The notes: generated by a model from the sequence alone, not told the origin. Shown: positions 12,476-23,822, counted from the first letter of the stretch. The stretch: 48,039 nt of DNA from Octopus bimaculoides (GCF_001194135.2 NC_069005.1:21195696-21243734), one strand, 5' to 3'. Program-made: numbers and translations.

Positions 12476-12780
12476 GTCTATGTTTGTCCCCCATCGCCAC
12501 TTGACAACTGGTGTTGGTATGTTTGTGTGTGTGTGTGTTCTCTTTCTATTTTTAATTTAGAGTAAACTTCAATGAGTCATCTTCTTGGTAGCAAAGTCAT
12601 GAAGGAAAGCATCCTTTAAATCATCCTGAAACTTAGTGGTCCAGCAAAAGAGACCAATAGAATAAGTACCAGGCCTGAGGTCCTTGTTGTGACTTCATGG
12701 ACAGTACAAACCCCTGGTACACATAAAATCTTCAATCTACAACAACACATTGTGCAACGTCTACAATAATAATAATAATA

Positions 12781-13470
12781 ATCATCATCATCATCATCAT
12801 CGTTTAACGTCCGCTTTCCATGCTAGCATGGGTTGGACGATTTGACTGAGGACTGGTGAAACCGGATGGCAACACCAGGCTCCAATCTAATTTGGCAGAG
12901 TTTCTACAGCTGGATGCCCTTCCTAACGCCAACCACTCAGAGAGTGTAGTGGGTGCTTTTNNNNNNNNNNNNNNNNNNNNNNNNNNNNNNNNNNNNNNNN
13001 NNNNNNNNNNNNNNNNNNNNNNNNNNNNNNNNNNNNNNNNNNNNNNNNNNNNNNNNNNNNNNNNNNNNNNNNNNNNNNNNNNNNNNNNNNNNNNNNNNNN
13101 NNNNNNNNNNNNNNNNNNNNNNNNNNNNNNNNNNNNNNNNNNNNNNNNNNNNNNNNNNNNNNNNNNNNNNNNNNNNNNNNNNNNNNNNNNNNNNNNNNNN
13201 NNNNNNNNNNNNNNNNNNNNNNNNNNNNNNNNNNNNNNNNNNNNNNNNNNNNNNNNNNNNNNNGTAGTCATCGCCTTGGTGAGGCCCAATGTACGAAGGT
13301 CTTGCCTCACCACCTCAGCCCAGGTCTTCCTGGGCCTACCTCTTCCACGGGTTCCCTCAACTGTTAGGGTGTGGCACTTTTTCACGCAGCTATCCTCATC
13401 CATTCTCACCACATGTCTATACCAGCGCAATCGTCTCTCTTGCACACCACAACTGATGCTTCTAATGTTC
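12781..13470 (-). mobile_element. RTE-clade LINE 3' end (ORF C-terminus, 3'UTR, (GAT)n tail), gap inside
   Basis: QERRLRWYRHVVRMDEDSCVKKCHTLTVEGTRGRGRPRKTW is a typical RTE C-terminus; tail GCATGGAAAGCGGACGTTAAAC(GAT)n. Confidence 0.85.
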
Positions 13471-13479
13471 AGCTTTTCT

Positions 13480-14137
13480 AATAATAATCCTTTCTACTAA
13501 AGGCACAAAGCCTGACATTTTGGGGGAGGAGATTAGTCGATTACATCGACCCCAGTGTTTCACTGGTACTTAATTTATCAACCCTGAAAGGATGAAAGGC
13601 AAAGTTGACCTCAGCAGAATCTGAACTCAGAACGTAGCAGCAGACAAAATACCACTAGGCATTTTGCCTGGCGTGCTAATGATTCTACCAGCTCACTACC
13701 TCAAACAATAATCCTTTCTACTATAGGCACAAGGCCTGAAATTTTGTGGGAGGAGACTAGTTGATTACATCGACCCCAGTATTTCACTGGTACTTATTTT
13801 AATGACCACAAAAGGAAAAAAGGTAAAGTCAACCTCGGCGGAATTTGAACTCAGAACATAGTGATAGGCAAAATACCACTAAGCATTTCATCCAGTGTGC
13901 TAAGAACTCTGCCAGCTCACCACCTTACTGCCTCAAACAATAATAATAATCCTTTCTACCGAAGGCACAAGACCTGAAATTTGCGGGGAGGGGACTAGTC
14001 GATTACATCGACCTAGTGTTTCACTGGTACTTAATTTGTCAAACCTGAAAGGATGAAAGGCAAAATTGACTTCAGTAGAATTTGAACTCAGAGTGTAAAG
14101 ATGGACGGAATACCACTAAGCATTTTGCCTGGCGTGT
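13480..14137 (-). mobile_element. Three tandem SINE family C copies
   Basis: Three head-to-tail units, each ending GTAGAAAGGATTATT on the minus strand. Confidence 0.85.
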
Positions 14138-14454
14138 TAACAATTCAAAAATAATAATAATAAAGATGATAATTTTTAATTGCTCCAAACTTACTGGCCT
14201 TGTACCAAAATTTGAAATCATTATTTGTGTTAGCATGCCGGGAAAAATGCTTAGCAGCATTTTGTCCTTCTAAAAGTTCTGAGTTCATATTTCACTGAGG
14301 TTGACTCTGCCTTTCATCCCTCCTGGGTTGATAAAATAAGTACCAGTTTAGTCCTGAGGTCAATGTTATCAACTTGCCTCCTCCCTGAAACTGCTGGCCA
14401 TGTGCCAAAATTTGAAGCCATCATTATTATTATCAGGCTTGGAATTTTTGGGTG

Positions 14455-15045
14455 AGTAAGCCAGTCAATTACATAGACCCCTGTGCTCAGCAGATACCAT
14501 AAATCTTCGCGTATAATCCGCACTTTTTTCCCAAAATTTCTAGTGCATACTATATACGAGGTTAAAAATGAAAAATATTTTCTAAATCATAAATATGTAA
14601 AGGCAATTTACTTAATATTTATTTTTCACTGACGTCATTACTGTTATTTCTTTATTTTCTACAAACAAAGTGCACAAAAAAGCTACACGTTTGCATTATG
14701 TTATATATACAATAATAATAAAGGACGTTACCGTATATACGTTTACAAACCAAGGATGTTATACAGACCTCCTAGACTCAAGTTAGAGAAAGGGTGCGTA
14801 TTATACACAAGGCTTAGGTTTTTCATAGGTACAACCCCTTAAAAATCCCCTGCGTATTATACTCAAGGGCGGACTATCCTTGAGGATTTACGGTACTTTA
14901 TTTCATTGACCCCCAAAAGGATGAAAGTCAAAGTTGACCTTGATAGGATTTGAACTAGGAGTGTAAAGAACCAGATGAAATGCAGCTAAGCTAAGAATTT
15001 TACTAATAATGCACTAATGACTCTGCTAGCTTGCCAGCTTCATTA
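14455..15045 (-). mobile_element. SINE family C interrupted by a pogo-like MITE
   Basis: SINE halves rejoin across the TA at 14495-14496/14894-14895. Confidence 0.7.
14497..14893. mobile_element. Tc1/mariner-superfamily (pogo-like) MITE
   Basis: TA target duplication; TIRs CCATAAATCTTC / GAGGATTTACGG. Confidence 0.7.
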
Positions 15046-15288
15046 AAATTATAGTTTCTGATTTTGGCACAAGGCCAGAAATTTTGATGGGCGGGTGAGT
15101 AGTCAATATCATCACCACCAGTACTTGACTGGTACTATATTTTATTCACTCAAAATTGATGAAAGTAAAGTCGACCTCAGTGGGATTTGAACTCAGAATG
15201 TAAAAAGGCAGAAAAGTACTACAAGGCACTTTCTCCAACACTCTAATACTTCTACCATTACAATAATAATAATTATAATACTAATACA

Positions 15289-15970
15289 CTAAGAACAAAT
15301 TACATAAAATACAGAATAGACAACACATTAGAAAGTAATAAGTGCAGAATTTGTGGACAAAATGGTGAAACTATGGCATATTACCAGCCAATGTATGCCA
15401 CTAGCCCAGAAGGAATATAAGAGACACTATGACAATATAGCAAGGCTTGTCCATCGGACACTTTGCAACAAGTATGGACTTGACAGAGCAAAAACCTGGT
15501 ATGACCACAAACCCGTAGGCATCAAAAAGGATAATGCAAAGATCCTGTGGGATTTCATGATTCAGTGTGAGCATGAGATAGAGAATAGGAAGCCAGACAT
15601 AGTCTTAATTGAGAAAGAAAGCAAACTATGCTGGATCATAGATATAGCATGCCCAGCTGACAACAAGGTATGCGATAAGGAAGAAAGAAAAGTTGATAGA
15701 TATGACAGGTTGGCTTGAGAGGTTAAGCAGTTGTGGTCGATGAAAAAAGTGGTAATAGCCCTGGGAAGAGTGAGTAAAAATCTTGAGAAGTACACGGAAC
15801 AAATAGGGGCTGCAATAAGGGTAGAGCACTTGCAGAAAACAACACTGCTTGGAACTGCTCCAAATACTCCAGAAGGTGCTCGAAAAATAAAGGGTGTTAC
15901 CTTAGTTCACTGGTAGTGAACAGCTGACACCGTAGTACATCTCCAGCATTAGAAGCTGTGAAAAGGCAAT
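15289..15970 (+). mobile_element. R4/Dong-clade non-LTR retrotransposon 3' fragment (CCHC finger plus restriction-like endonuclease)
   Basis: KCRICGQNGET..HITSQC, KILWDFMIQCEHEIENRKPDIVLIEK..CWIIDIACPAD (PD..D RLE motif), LLGTA; preceded by (AAT)n. Confidence 0.9.
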
Positions 15971-16186
15971 AGTCCTTTCTGCTATAGGCAGAAGGCCTGA
16001 AATTTTGTGAGAGGGGCTAGTTAATTACATCAACCCCAGTGCATAACTGGTATTTATTTCATCAACCCCCAAAAGGATGAAAGGCAAAGTGAAACCTGGC
16101 AGAATTTGAATTCAGAATATGAAGATGGACAAAATGCAGCTAAGTATTTCACCCAGCATGCTAACAGTTCTGCCAGCTCACCACCT
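15968..16186 (-). mobile_element. SINE family C
   Basis: Full head, core and AAAGGA tail. Confidence 0.85.
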
Positions 16187-16214
16187 TCAGTAGTAATAAT
16201 AATAATAATAATAA

Positions 16215-16460
16215 TAAATTCTGTTTTATTGGCCACAAGGGCTAATATAAATCAAAACATATAAGGACAAAGACAGGATGAAAAGTACAAAGGGTTTTGT
16301 CCAAAAAGAAAACGTTCGTGTAAACATTAAAATAACAAAGAAAAATATAACAAGTAAAACTCCCAATAGGGGGAGGCACTTCAAAAGGTTACTCGTGGAA
16401 AAAAACCATAAAAGCCACGGGAGCCTGGTCAAAAAAATTTTTTTAAAGGGGTAGAGAGCC
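16215..16460 (-). mobile_element. Tx1-like 3'UTR fragment
   Basis: Ends AGCCCTTGTGGCCAATAAAA like the LINE at 46048; sister copy at 23825-24030. Confidence 0.6.
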
Positions 16461-16477
16461 CCCTTCTCCTTTTATAA

Positions 16478-16700
16478 TAATAAAATCCTTTCTTCTATAG
16501 GCACAATGCCTGAAATTTGGGGGAGGCGGGTAGTTGATTATATTGACCTCAGTGCATAACTGGTATTTATCTAATCGACCCAGAAAGGATGAAAGGTAAA
16601 GTTGACCTAAGAGGAATTTGAACTCAGAATGTAGCAACAGGTGAATTACTGCTAAGCATTTTGTCCAGAGTGCTAATGATTCTGCCAGCATGTTGCCTTC
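16478..16700 (-). mobile_element. SINE family C
   Basis: Full head, core and AAAGGATT tail. Confidence 0.85.
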
Positions 16701-16751
16701 ATAATAATAATAATATTAATAATAATAATAACAACAACAATAATAATAATA

Positions 16752-16985
16752 TAATAAAAAAATATTCAGACAAATACATAACAAAAATACCAGGACTTAC
16801 AAATATATATAACATACAGAAAATTGCACTACTGGGTACTGCACACATTCTACGCAAAACACTTTCAATACAGTAAACATAAGAGCACCACAGCAAACCA
16901 CAGCACATACCCAAGGCGCACAGAGCTGCGCTCGGTAGTGAAGTGAAAGCACGTTATAAAAATAAAACTACTGAACAATAATAAT
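16752..16985 (+). mobile_element. Second R4/Dong-like family, extreme 3' end in (TAA)n
   Basis: IPGLTNIYNIQKIALLGTAHILRKTLSIQ* followed by a short UTR and AATAATAAT. Confidence 0.75.
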
Positions 16986-17189
16986 NNNNNNNNNNNNNNN
17001 NNNNNNNNNNNNNNNNNNNNNNNNNNNNNNNNNNNNNNNNNNNNNNNNNNNNNNNNNNNNNNNNNNNNNNNNNNNNNNNNNNNNNNNNNNNNNNNNNNNN
17101 NNNNNNNNNNNNNNNNNNNNNNNNNNNNNNNNNNNNNNNNNNNNNNNNNNNNNNNNNNNNNNNNNNNNNNNNNNNNNNNNNNNNNNNNC

Positions 17190-17475
17190 ACCTTTGGAAA
17201 CATGGGTATTTTGCTCAACATCCTTAAACAAACCTTATTCAGGGACCTTTTGAGTGGGATGGGCTACTCAACCTGAAGAAAATTCTAACTGGGCCCCACC
17301 TGCAAGGTCATGTGCTTTTTATCTTGATATGAGATCACCATGTTGCACACATATGGTTGTGATGCATGTGCCTGGTGTACCCTTATCAGACGGGTAGTCA
17401 TGATGGGTATAATGGGCTTTGTATATTTTACCCCAGTGTCACTTTGATGACATGCACTGCTCTCTCACTCAATAA
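17190..17475 (+). mobile_element. Family E element, 3' half (5' part in gap)
   Basis: Ends GCTCTCTCACTC(AAT)n. Confidence 0.75.
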
Positions 17476-17741
17476 TAATAATAAAATAAGTGCTTCTAAT
17501 TTAGCAATATAATCAATATAGTTAAGCCCAGTCCTTGACTGGTATTATATTTTATTGACTCATAAAGGATGAAAGGCAAACTTGACCTTGCAGATATACA
17601 TATGTATACATGTATGTGTGTGTGTTTGTGTGTGTGTGTGTTCTCTTTCTCTTTTTAATTTAGAGTAAATATTGACTGGCCACCTACTCGGTGGCAAGAT
17701 TGTGAAGGAGCCTGACCACATAATCATAGATATATATATAT

Positions 17742-18135
17742 AGGCGCAGGAGTGGCTGCGTGGTAAGTAGCTTTCTAACCAACCACATGGTTCCGGGTTC
17801 AGTCCCACTGCGTAGCACCTTGGGCAAGTGTCTTCTGCTATAGCGTCGGGCCGACCAAAGCCTTGTGAGTGGATTTGGTAGACGGAAACTGAAAGAATCC
17901 CATTATATATATGTACATATATATGTATGTGTGTGTGTGTATATGTTTGTGTGTCTGTGTTTGTGTCCCCCCCCCCACCAACATCGCTTGACAATCGAAG
18001 CTGGTGTGCTTAAGTTCCCGTAGCCTAGTGGTTCAGTAAAAGATACCGATAGAATAAGTACTAGGCTTACAGAGAATAAGTCCAGGGGTTGATTTGCTCG
18101 ACTAAAGGCAGTGCTCCAGCATGGCCACAGTCAAA
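17742..18135 (+). mobile_element. tRNA-derived SINE, family B
   Basis: AGGCGCAGGAGTGGCTGCGTGG head through GGCCACAGTCAAA, where it joins an RTE tail. Confidence 0.9.
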
Positions 18136-18509
18136 CTCTGCCAAATCAGACTGGAGCCTGGTGTTGCCATCCGGTTTCACCAGTCCTCAGTCAAATCGTC
18201 CAACCCATGCTAGCATGGAAAGCGGACGTTAAACGATGATGATGATGATGATGATATATATATATATAGATAGATAGATAGATATAGATAGATAGATAGA
18301 TAGATATAGATAGATAGATAGATATATATGACGGGCTTCTTTCAGTTTCCGTCTACCAAATCCACATACGCATACGCGTGTACATACAAAATTTACACAT
18401 ATAAGTATATACATACATGGGCTGTGCGTGAGAAGACCCGGCAAGCCAAGTAAGATCGTTGCCAGTGCCCCTGGACTGGTTCNNNNNNNNNNTATATATA
18501 TATATACAT

Positions 18510-18592
<83 letters not shown>

Positions 18593-18789
18593 TATACATA
18601 TACACATACATACACACACATATACATATATAATCATAATCATCTTAATCAGTATTGTATTCATCAGCCGAGTGGAGTAAGATGTTTAGCTCATTCCAGA
18701 GCATTGAGATTTGACAGATGTTTTCTTTTCCAGTATTATTTTTTTTATCAGGCAATGATTTTTATTGCTCCTCTTGTCAGATAATACCC

Positions 18790-18925
18790 TACCATGTTAT
18801 CCAATTAGACGCCATCTTCTTCCAGTTGTTAATATTTACCTCAATATCTTTCTGATACCATTTAATGCTATTTTTATACTTTATTCCAGCATCGTTCAAC
18901 AGCTCCTCTTCCATGACTTCGCATG
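18790..18925 (-). pseudogene. RTE-clade LINE C-terminal remnant
   Basis: IKYKNSIKWYQKDIEVNINNWKKMASNWITW resembles the RTE 3' ORF end (LRYKD.CK.D.....I...WE..A..R..W). Confidence 0.55.
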
Positions 18926-18941
18926 TGTATGAGTGTTTCTC

Positions 18942-18972
<31 letters not shown>

Positions 18973-19013
18973 ATGTAGGTATGTATGTATGTATGTATGT
19001 ATGTAAATGTATG

Positions 19014-19044
<31 letters not shown>

Positions 19045-19722
19045 NNNNNNNNNNNNNNNNNNNNNNNNNNNNNNNNNNNNNNNNNNNNNNNNNNNNNNNN
19101 NNNNNNNNNNNNNNNNNNNNNNNNNNNNNNNNNNNNNNNNNNNNNNNNNNNNNNNNNNNNNNNNNNNNNNNNNNNNNNNNNNNNNNNNNNNNNNNNNNNN
19201 NNNNNNNNNNNNNNNNNNNNNNNNNNNNNNNNNNNNNNNNNNNNNNNNNNNNNNNNNNNNNNNNNNNNNNNNNNNNNNNNNNNNNNNNNNNNNNNNNNNN
19301 NNNNNNNNNNNNNNNNNNNNNNNNNNNNNNNNNNNNNNNNNNNNNNNNNNNNNNNNNNNNNNNNNNNNNNNNNNNNNNNNNNNNNNNNNNNNNNNNTGTG
19401 TGTCTGTGTTTGTCCCCCCCAACATTGCATGACAACCGATGCTGTTGTGTTTACGTCCCCGTAACTTAGCAGTTCGGCAAAAGAGACCGATATAATAAGT
19501 ACTAGGCTTACAAAGAATAAGTCCTGGGGGTCGATTTGCTCGACTAAAGGCAGTGCTCCAGCATGGCCACAATCAAATGACTGAAACAAGTAAAAGAGTA
19601 TATATATATAGTTATATATACACGTGCACCAGCATGACCGCAGCCGCTTGGCTGAAACACATAAATAAATAAATAAATAAATACATACATACATACATAC
19701 ATACAAATATGTATATATATAT

Positions 19723-19925
19723 AGTCAAACCAAACATGAACAAACAAGAAAAAACAACAACTCGAGGACGTGGAATAAGTACAGTGTTATTAGAGGCTCA
19801 GGAAAGGAAAGAAAAGAAAGAGGATTTCACGTTTCGAGCAGAGCTCTTCATCAGAAATATAGAAAAAGTCCAAAGAAGGGAAGACGGAGAAAGAAAATCA
19901 CCAATGATACACACACGGTCACACA
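19723..19925 (-). mobile_element. Penelope pLTR-like fragment with hammerhead, in (TA)n
   Basis: About 200 bp, pyrimidine-rich on the minus strand, hammerhead core, ends ...TTTGACTA(TA)n. Confidence 0.5.
19824..19858 (-). ncRNA. Minimal hammerhead motif with non-cleavable GUG triplet
   Basis: ATTT-CTGATGA-A-GAGC-TCT-GCTC-GAAA-C-GTG-AAAT; stems I and II pair. Confidence 0.65.
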
Positions 19926-19969
19926 TATATATATTTATATACATGTGTGTATATATATATATATATATA

Positions 19970-20245
19970 TTCTTTTATTCTTTTACTTGCTTCAGTCTTT
20001 TGCCGAAGCGCTAAGTTACAGGGACATAAACACACCAACACCTGTTGTCAAGCAATGATGGGGGAACAAACACAGACACACACATATAAATATATACAGC
20101 GAGCTTCTTTCAGTTTCCGTCTACCAAATCCACTCACAAACTTTTGATTAGCCTGAGGCTACAGAAGAAGACACTTGTCCAAGATGCCATGCAGTGAGAT
20201 TGAACCAAGAACTATATGGTTGGAAGCAAGCTTCTTACCATACAC
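19970..20245 (-). mobile_element. tRNA-derived SINE, family B (diverged)
   Basis: Matches family B body and head. Confidence 0.8.
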
Positions 20246-21137
20246 CCGTGCCCTATATAATTATATTTGTTGCTTTAACAATCTTTGTTTCAAACAAATC
20301 TTTTAAAATAATCTGTCTGTCCATTTATCTATCTAAATATGTATGTGTGTGTGTGTGTGTATATATATATGTATATATGTATAGATGTGTGTGTATATNN
20401 NNNNNNNNNNNNNNNNNNNNNNNNNNNNNNNNNNNNNNNNNNNNNNNNNNNNNNNNNNNNNNNNNNNNNNNNNNNNNNNNNNNNNNNNNNNNNNNNNNNN
20501 NNNNNNNNNNNNNNNNNNNNNNNNNNNNNNNNNNNNNNNNNNNNNNNNNNNNNNNNNNNNNNNNNNNNNNNNNNNNNNNNNNNNNNNNNNNNNNNNNNNN
20601 NNNNNNNNNNNNNNNNNNNNNNNNNNNNNNNNNNNNNNNNNNNNNNNNNNNNNNNNNNNNNNNNNNNNNNNNNNNNNNNNNNNNNNNNNNNNNNNNNNNN
20701 NNNNNNNNNNNNNNNNNNNNNNNNNNNNNNNNNNNNNNNNNNNNNNNNNNNNNNNNNNNNNNNNNNNNNNNNNNNNNNNNNNNNNNNNNNNNNNNNNNNN
20801 NNNNNNNNNNNNNNNNNNNNNNNNNNNNNNNNNNNNNNNNNNNNNNNNNNNNNNNNNNNNNNNNNNNNNNNNNNNNNNNNNNNNNNNNNNNNNNNNNNNN
20901 NNNNNNNNNNNNNNNNNNNNNNNNNNNNNNNNNNNNNNNNNNNNNNNNNNNNNNNNNNNNNNNNNNNNNNNNNNNNNNNNNNNNNNNNNNNNNNNNNNNN
21001 NNNNNNNNNNNNNNNNNNNNNNNNNNNNNNNNNNNNNNNNNNNNNNNNNNNNNNNNNNNNNNNNNNNNNNNNNNNNNNNNNNNNNNNNNNNNNNNNNNNN
21101 NNNNNNNNNNNNNNNNNNNNNNNNNNNNNNNNNNNNN

Positions 21138-21170
<33 letters not shown>

Positions 21171-21971
21171 CATACATACATATATTAAACACACACACAC
21201 ACACAAATACACAGATGTATATAGATAGATAAACAGACAGACAGATAGATAGATCATATATACATCATACATTACATGTATAAACATAGACACCCATGAT
21301 CTCACACTTTTATCAACTTGTTGACACCACCCTTCCTGATCCCTCTGTCCATACCCTGACAACCCTTGTCAACACCTTTATCTTTTTCCCCCCAGTTACT
21401 CTCATCCACCTTGATATAAAGCAGGTGATAGAATAGCCATGTATCTCCTCTATACCATAACTTCTATGCTGGTTCCCCTCCCTCTGCTGGTCTTTCTCAA
21501 CGTTTGGCCTCTCAAAATTTGGCATAAATCTACCTACTGGGGTGTGGGGACTTGGAGTATGGACAATCAGAGATTGGTATTCCACACAGACCTTTAGGTG
21601 CTTACATCCTGTCAAACCACCCAGCCCATTCCAGTATGGATGACAGATGATGATGGTGATGACATGTGTGTGTGTGAGTATGTGTGTGTTCATATATATA
21701 TATACATATATAACATCATCATCATCATTTAACGTCCATTTTACATGCTGACATGAGTTGGATGGTTTGAAAAGACCTAATAGGCTGCACCAGGCGCCAT
21801 TGTCTGTTCATGGTTTCTATGGCTGGATGTTCTTCCTAACACCAACCACTCCACACCCCACAGAGTGTGTATACATACATACATACATACATACAAATAT
21901 ATGTATATGAAAACTACAAATAATATAGGTGGCTTATTAGCAATTTAACACCCTAAAATTTGCCTATATAT

Positions 21972-22136
21972 GTATATTATTTACATTATTTACATTTGAC
22001 GGATATTTGTCCTCATCTTGTTTGTTGATAACACAACGTTTTGGCTAATGTACTCTCCAGCTTTCATCAGGTTTCCTGGGGGAATTTTGAACTTGGGTTC
22101 TCATTCCTAAGGTATTTTTCTGATGTTGTTGTTATC

Positions 22137-22196
<60 letters not shown>

Positions 22197-22267
22197 TGGG
22201 TCACTGCCTGGAATCGAACTCGGAAACTTGGGGTTAGTAGCCCACACTCTTAATCACTACACCCATA
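21972..22267 (-). mobile_element. Same tRNA-headed hammerhead element, inverted copy (left arm)
   Basis: Reverse complement aligns along the whole right arm, with a longer internal (AAT)n tract. Confidence 0.75.
22030..22075 (-). ncRNA. Degenerate hammerhead copy (GAAA mutated to AAAA)
   Basis: Reverse strand reads GAAAC-CTGATGA-A-AGCTG-GAGAGTACAT-TAGCC-AAAA-CGTT-GTGTT; homologous to 22411-22456. Confidence 0.65.
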
Positions 22268-22271
22268 GTCA

Positions 22272-22546
22272 TATGGCATTGTGGTTAAGAGCGTGGGCTA
22301 CTAACACCAAGATTCCGAGTTCGATTCCAAGCAGTGACTTGAATAACAACAACAATAACAACATCGAAAAATACCTTAGGAATGAGAACCAAGGTTCGAA
22401 ATTTCACCAAGACACCTGATGAAGGCTGGAGGGTATATCAGCCGAAACGTTGTGTTAACAACAAACAAGATGAGGACAAATATCTGTCAAATGTAAATAA
22501 TATAAATAATGTACGTAATTCCTCATCTCTCAAATATAGAACTGTA
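22272..22546 (+). mobile_element. tRNA-headed SINE-like element carrying a hammerhead (right arm of palindrome)
   Basis: A-box-like TGGCATTGTGG, B-box GAGTTCGATTCC, short (AAC/AAT)n tract, then the hammerhead domain and an AT-rich tail. Confidence 0.75.
22411..22456 (+). ncRNA. Minimal type-I hammerhead ribozyme (Penelope-type), intact core
   Basis: GACAC-CTGATGA-A-GGCTG-(GAGGGTATAT)-CAGCC-GAAA-C-GTT-GTGTT. Stem I GACAC/GTGTT, stem II GGCTG/CAGCC, palindromic AACGTT in place of stem III; predicted cleavage after GUU at 22451. Confidence 0.8.
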
Positions 22547-22556
22547 TCTGTATATG

Positions 22557-22557
<1 letters not shown>

Positions 22558-22593
<36 letters not shown>

Positions 22594-23136
22594 TTAACAT
22601 CTGTTGTCCATGCTGGCATGGGTTGGACAGTTTGACCAGGGCTGGCAAACTGGAAGGCTGCACCAGACCCCAATCTGATTTGGCATGGTTTCTATGGCTG
22701 GATGCCCTTCCTAATGCCAACCACTCCAAGAGTGTAACGGGTGCTTTTACGTGCCACTGGTATGGGTGCCATCTGTGTGACACCAATGTTTGCCATGAGT
22801 CGGCTTGATGGGTCTTCTTCTCAAGCACGACATAATGCCAATGGTTTCGGTCATTGTCTCCATGAGGCCCAACATTTCAAATGTGTTTTTCATGTGCCAC
22901 CAGCATCAACCACTTTTCCTCCGTGAAGCCTAACGCTCGAAAGGGACTTTTTATGTGCCACCAGCATGGGTGCCAGCTACATGGCACCAGCATCAACCAC
23001 GAGTCTTCTCAAGCATATCGCCAAAGTTGTGGAAACCATGCCAAAGCAGACCGGTGTCTGGTGCAGCCTTCCAGTTTGCCAGCCCTGGTCAAACCGTTCA
23101 ACACATGACAGCATGGACAACAGACGTTAAATGATA

Positions 23137-23199
<63 letters not shown>
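22558..23199. mobile_element. Two RTE 3'UTR/tail copies in inverted orientation
   Basis: (CAT)n-TTTAACATCTG... at the left; ...CAGACGTTAAAT(GAT)n at the right. Confidence 0.8.
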
Positions 23200-23201
<2 letters not shown>

Positions 23202-23364
23202 ACATATATATATATTAGGAAGTTTGAAGTTAAAAAATATGTTACTATTCCAATGCTTTACAATGTGCTTCTTTTTCAGATATATGATCTACTTACCATA
23301 TATATATATATACACACATATATATATGTGTGTATGTATGTGTGTATATGTGTGTGTGTATATA

Positions 23365-23444
<80 letters not shown>

Positions 23445-23789
23445 GCACACACACACATACATATATATAGCTATAAATATATAAATAAGTCTGTGTGTAT
23501 GTATATATACACACACACACATAAGCAAAATGTCACAAAGGTAGTTTATATCAGTTGCTAAATGTCTGTGTGTGTGTGTGTGGTTGGGCTGGATGGGGTA
23601 GTATAACAATAGTGTTTCACACATGTCAGGTAAATCAAAGCGGTTTATGTCAGATATTTTAAACAACATTTATTGTTATCTAGGACCAAACTAGCAGACT
23701 CCATACCCCAACCCTGCGCTCAGTCTTTCAGTGAATGAGGTTGAAATGAAAGTATTATAAAGGCTACAGGTGAATTAATCTAGGAGAAA

Positions 23790-23822
<33 letters not shown>

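Noticed and set aside
21313-21693. 126-aa minus-strand ORF
   Set aside because: It starts in microsatellite and RTE tail; no family recognised in any frame.
22272-22340. Genuine tRNA gene (and likewise the other tRNA-like heads)
   Set aside because: No complete acceptor stem; the heads are fused to repeat bodies.
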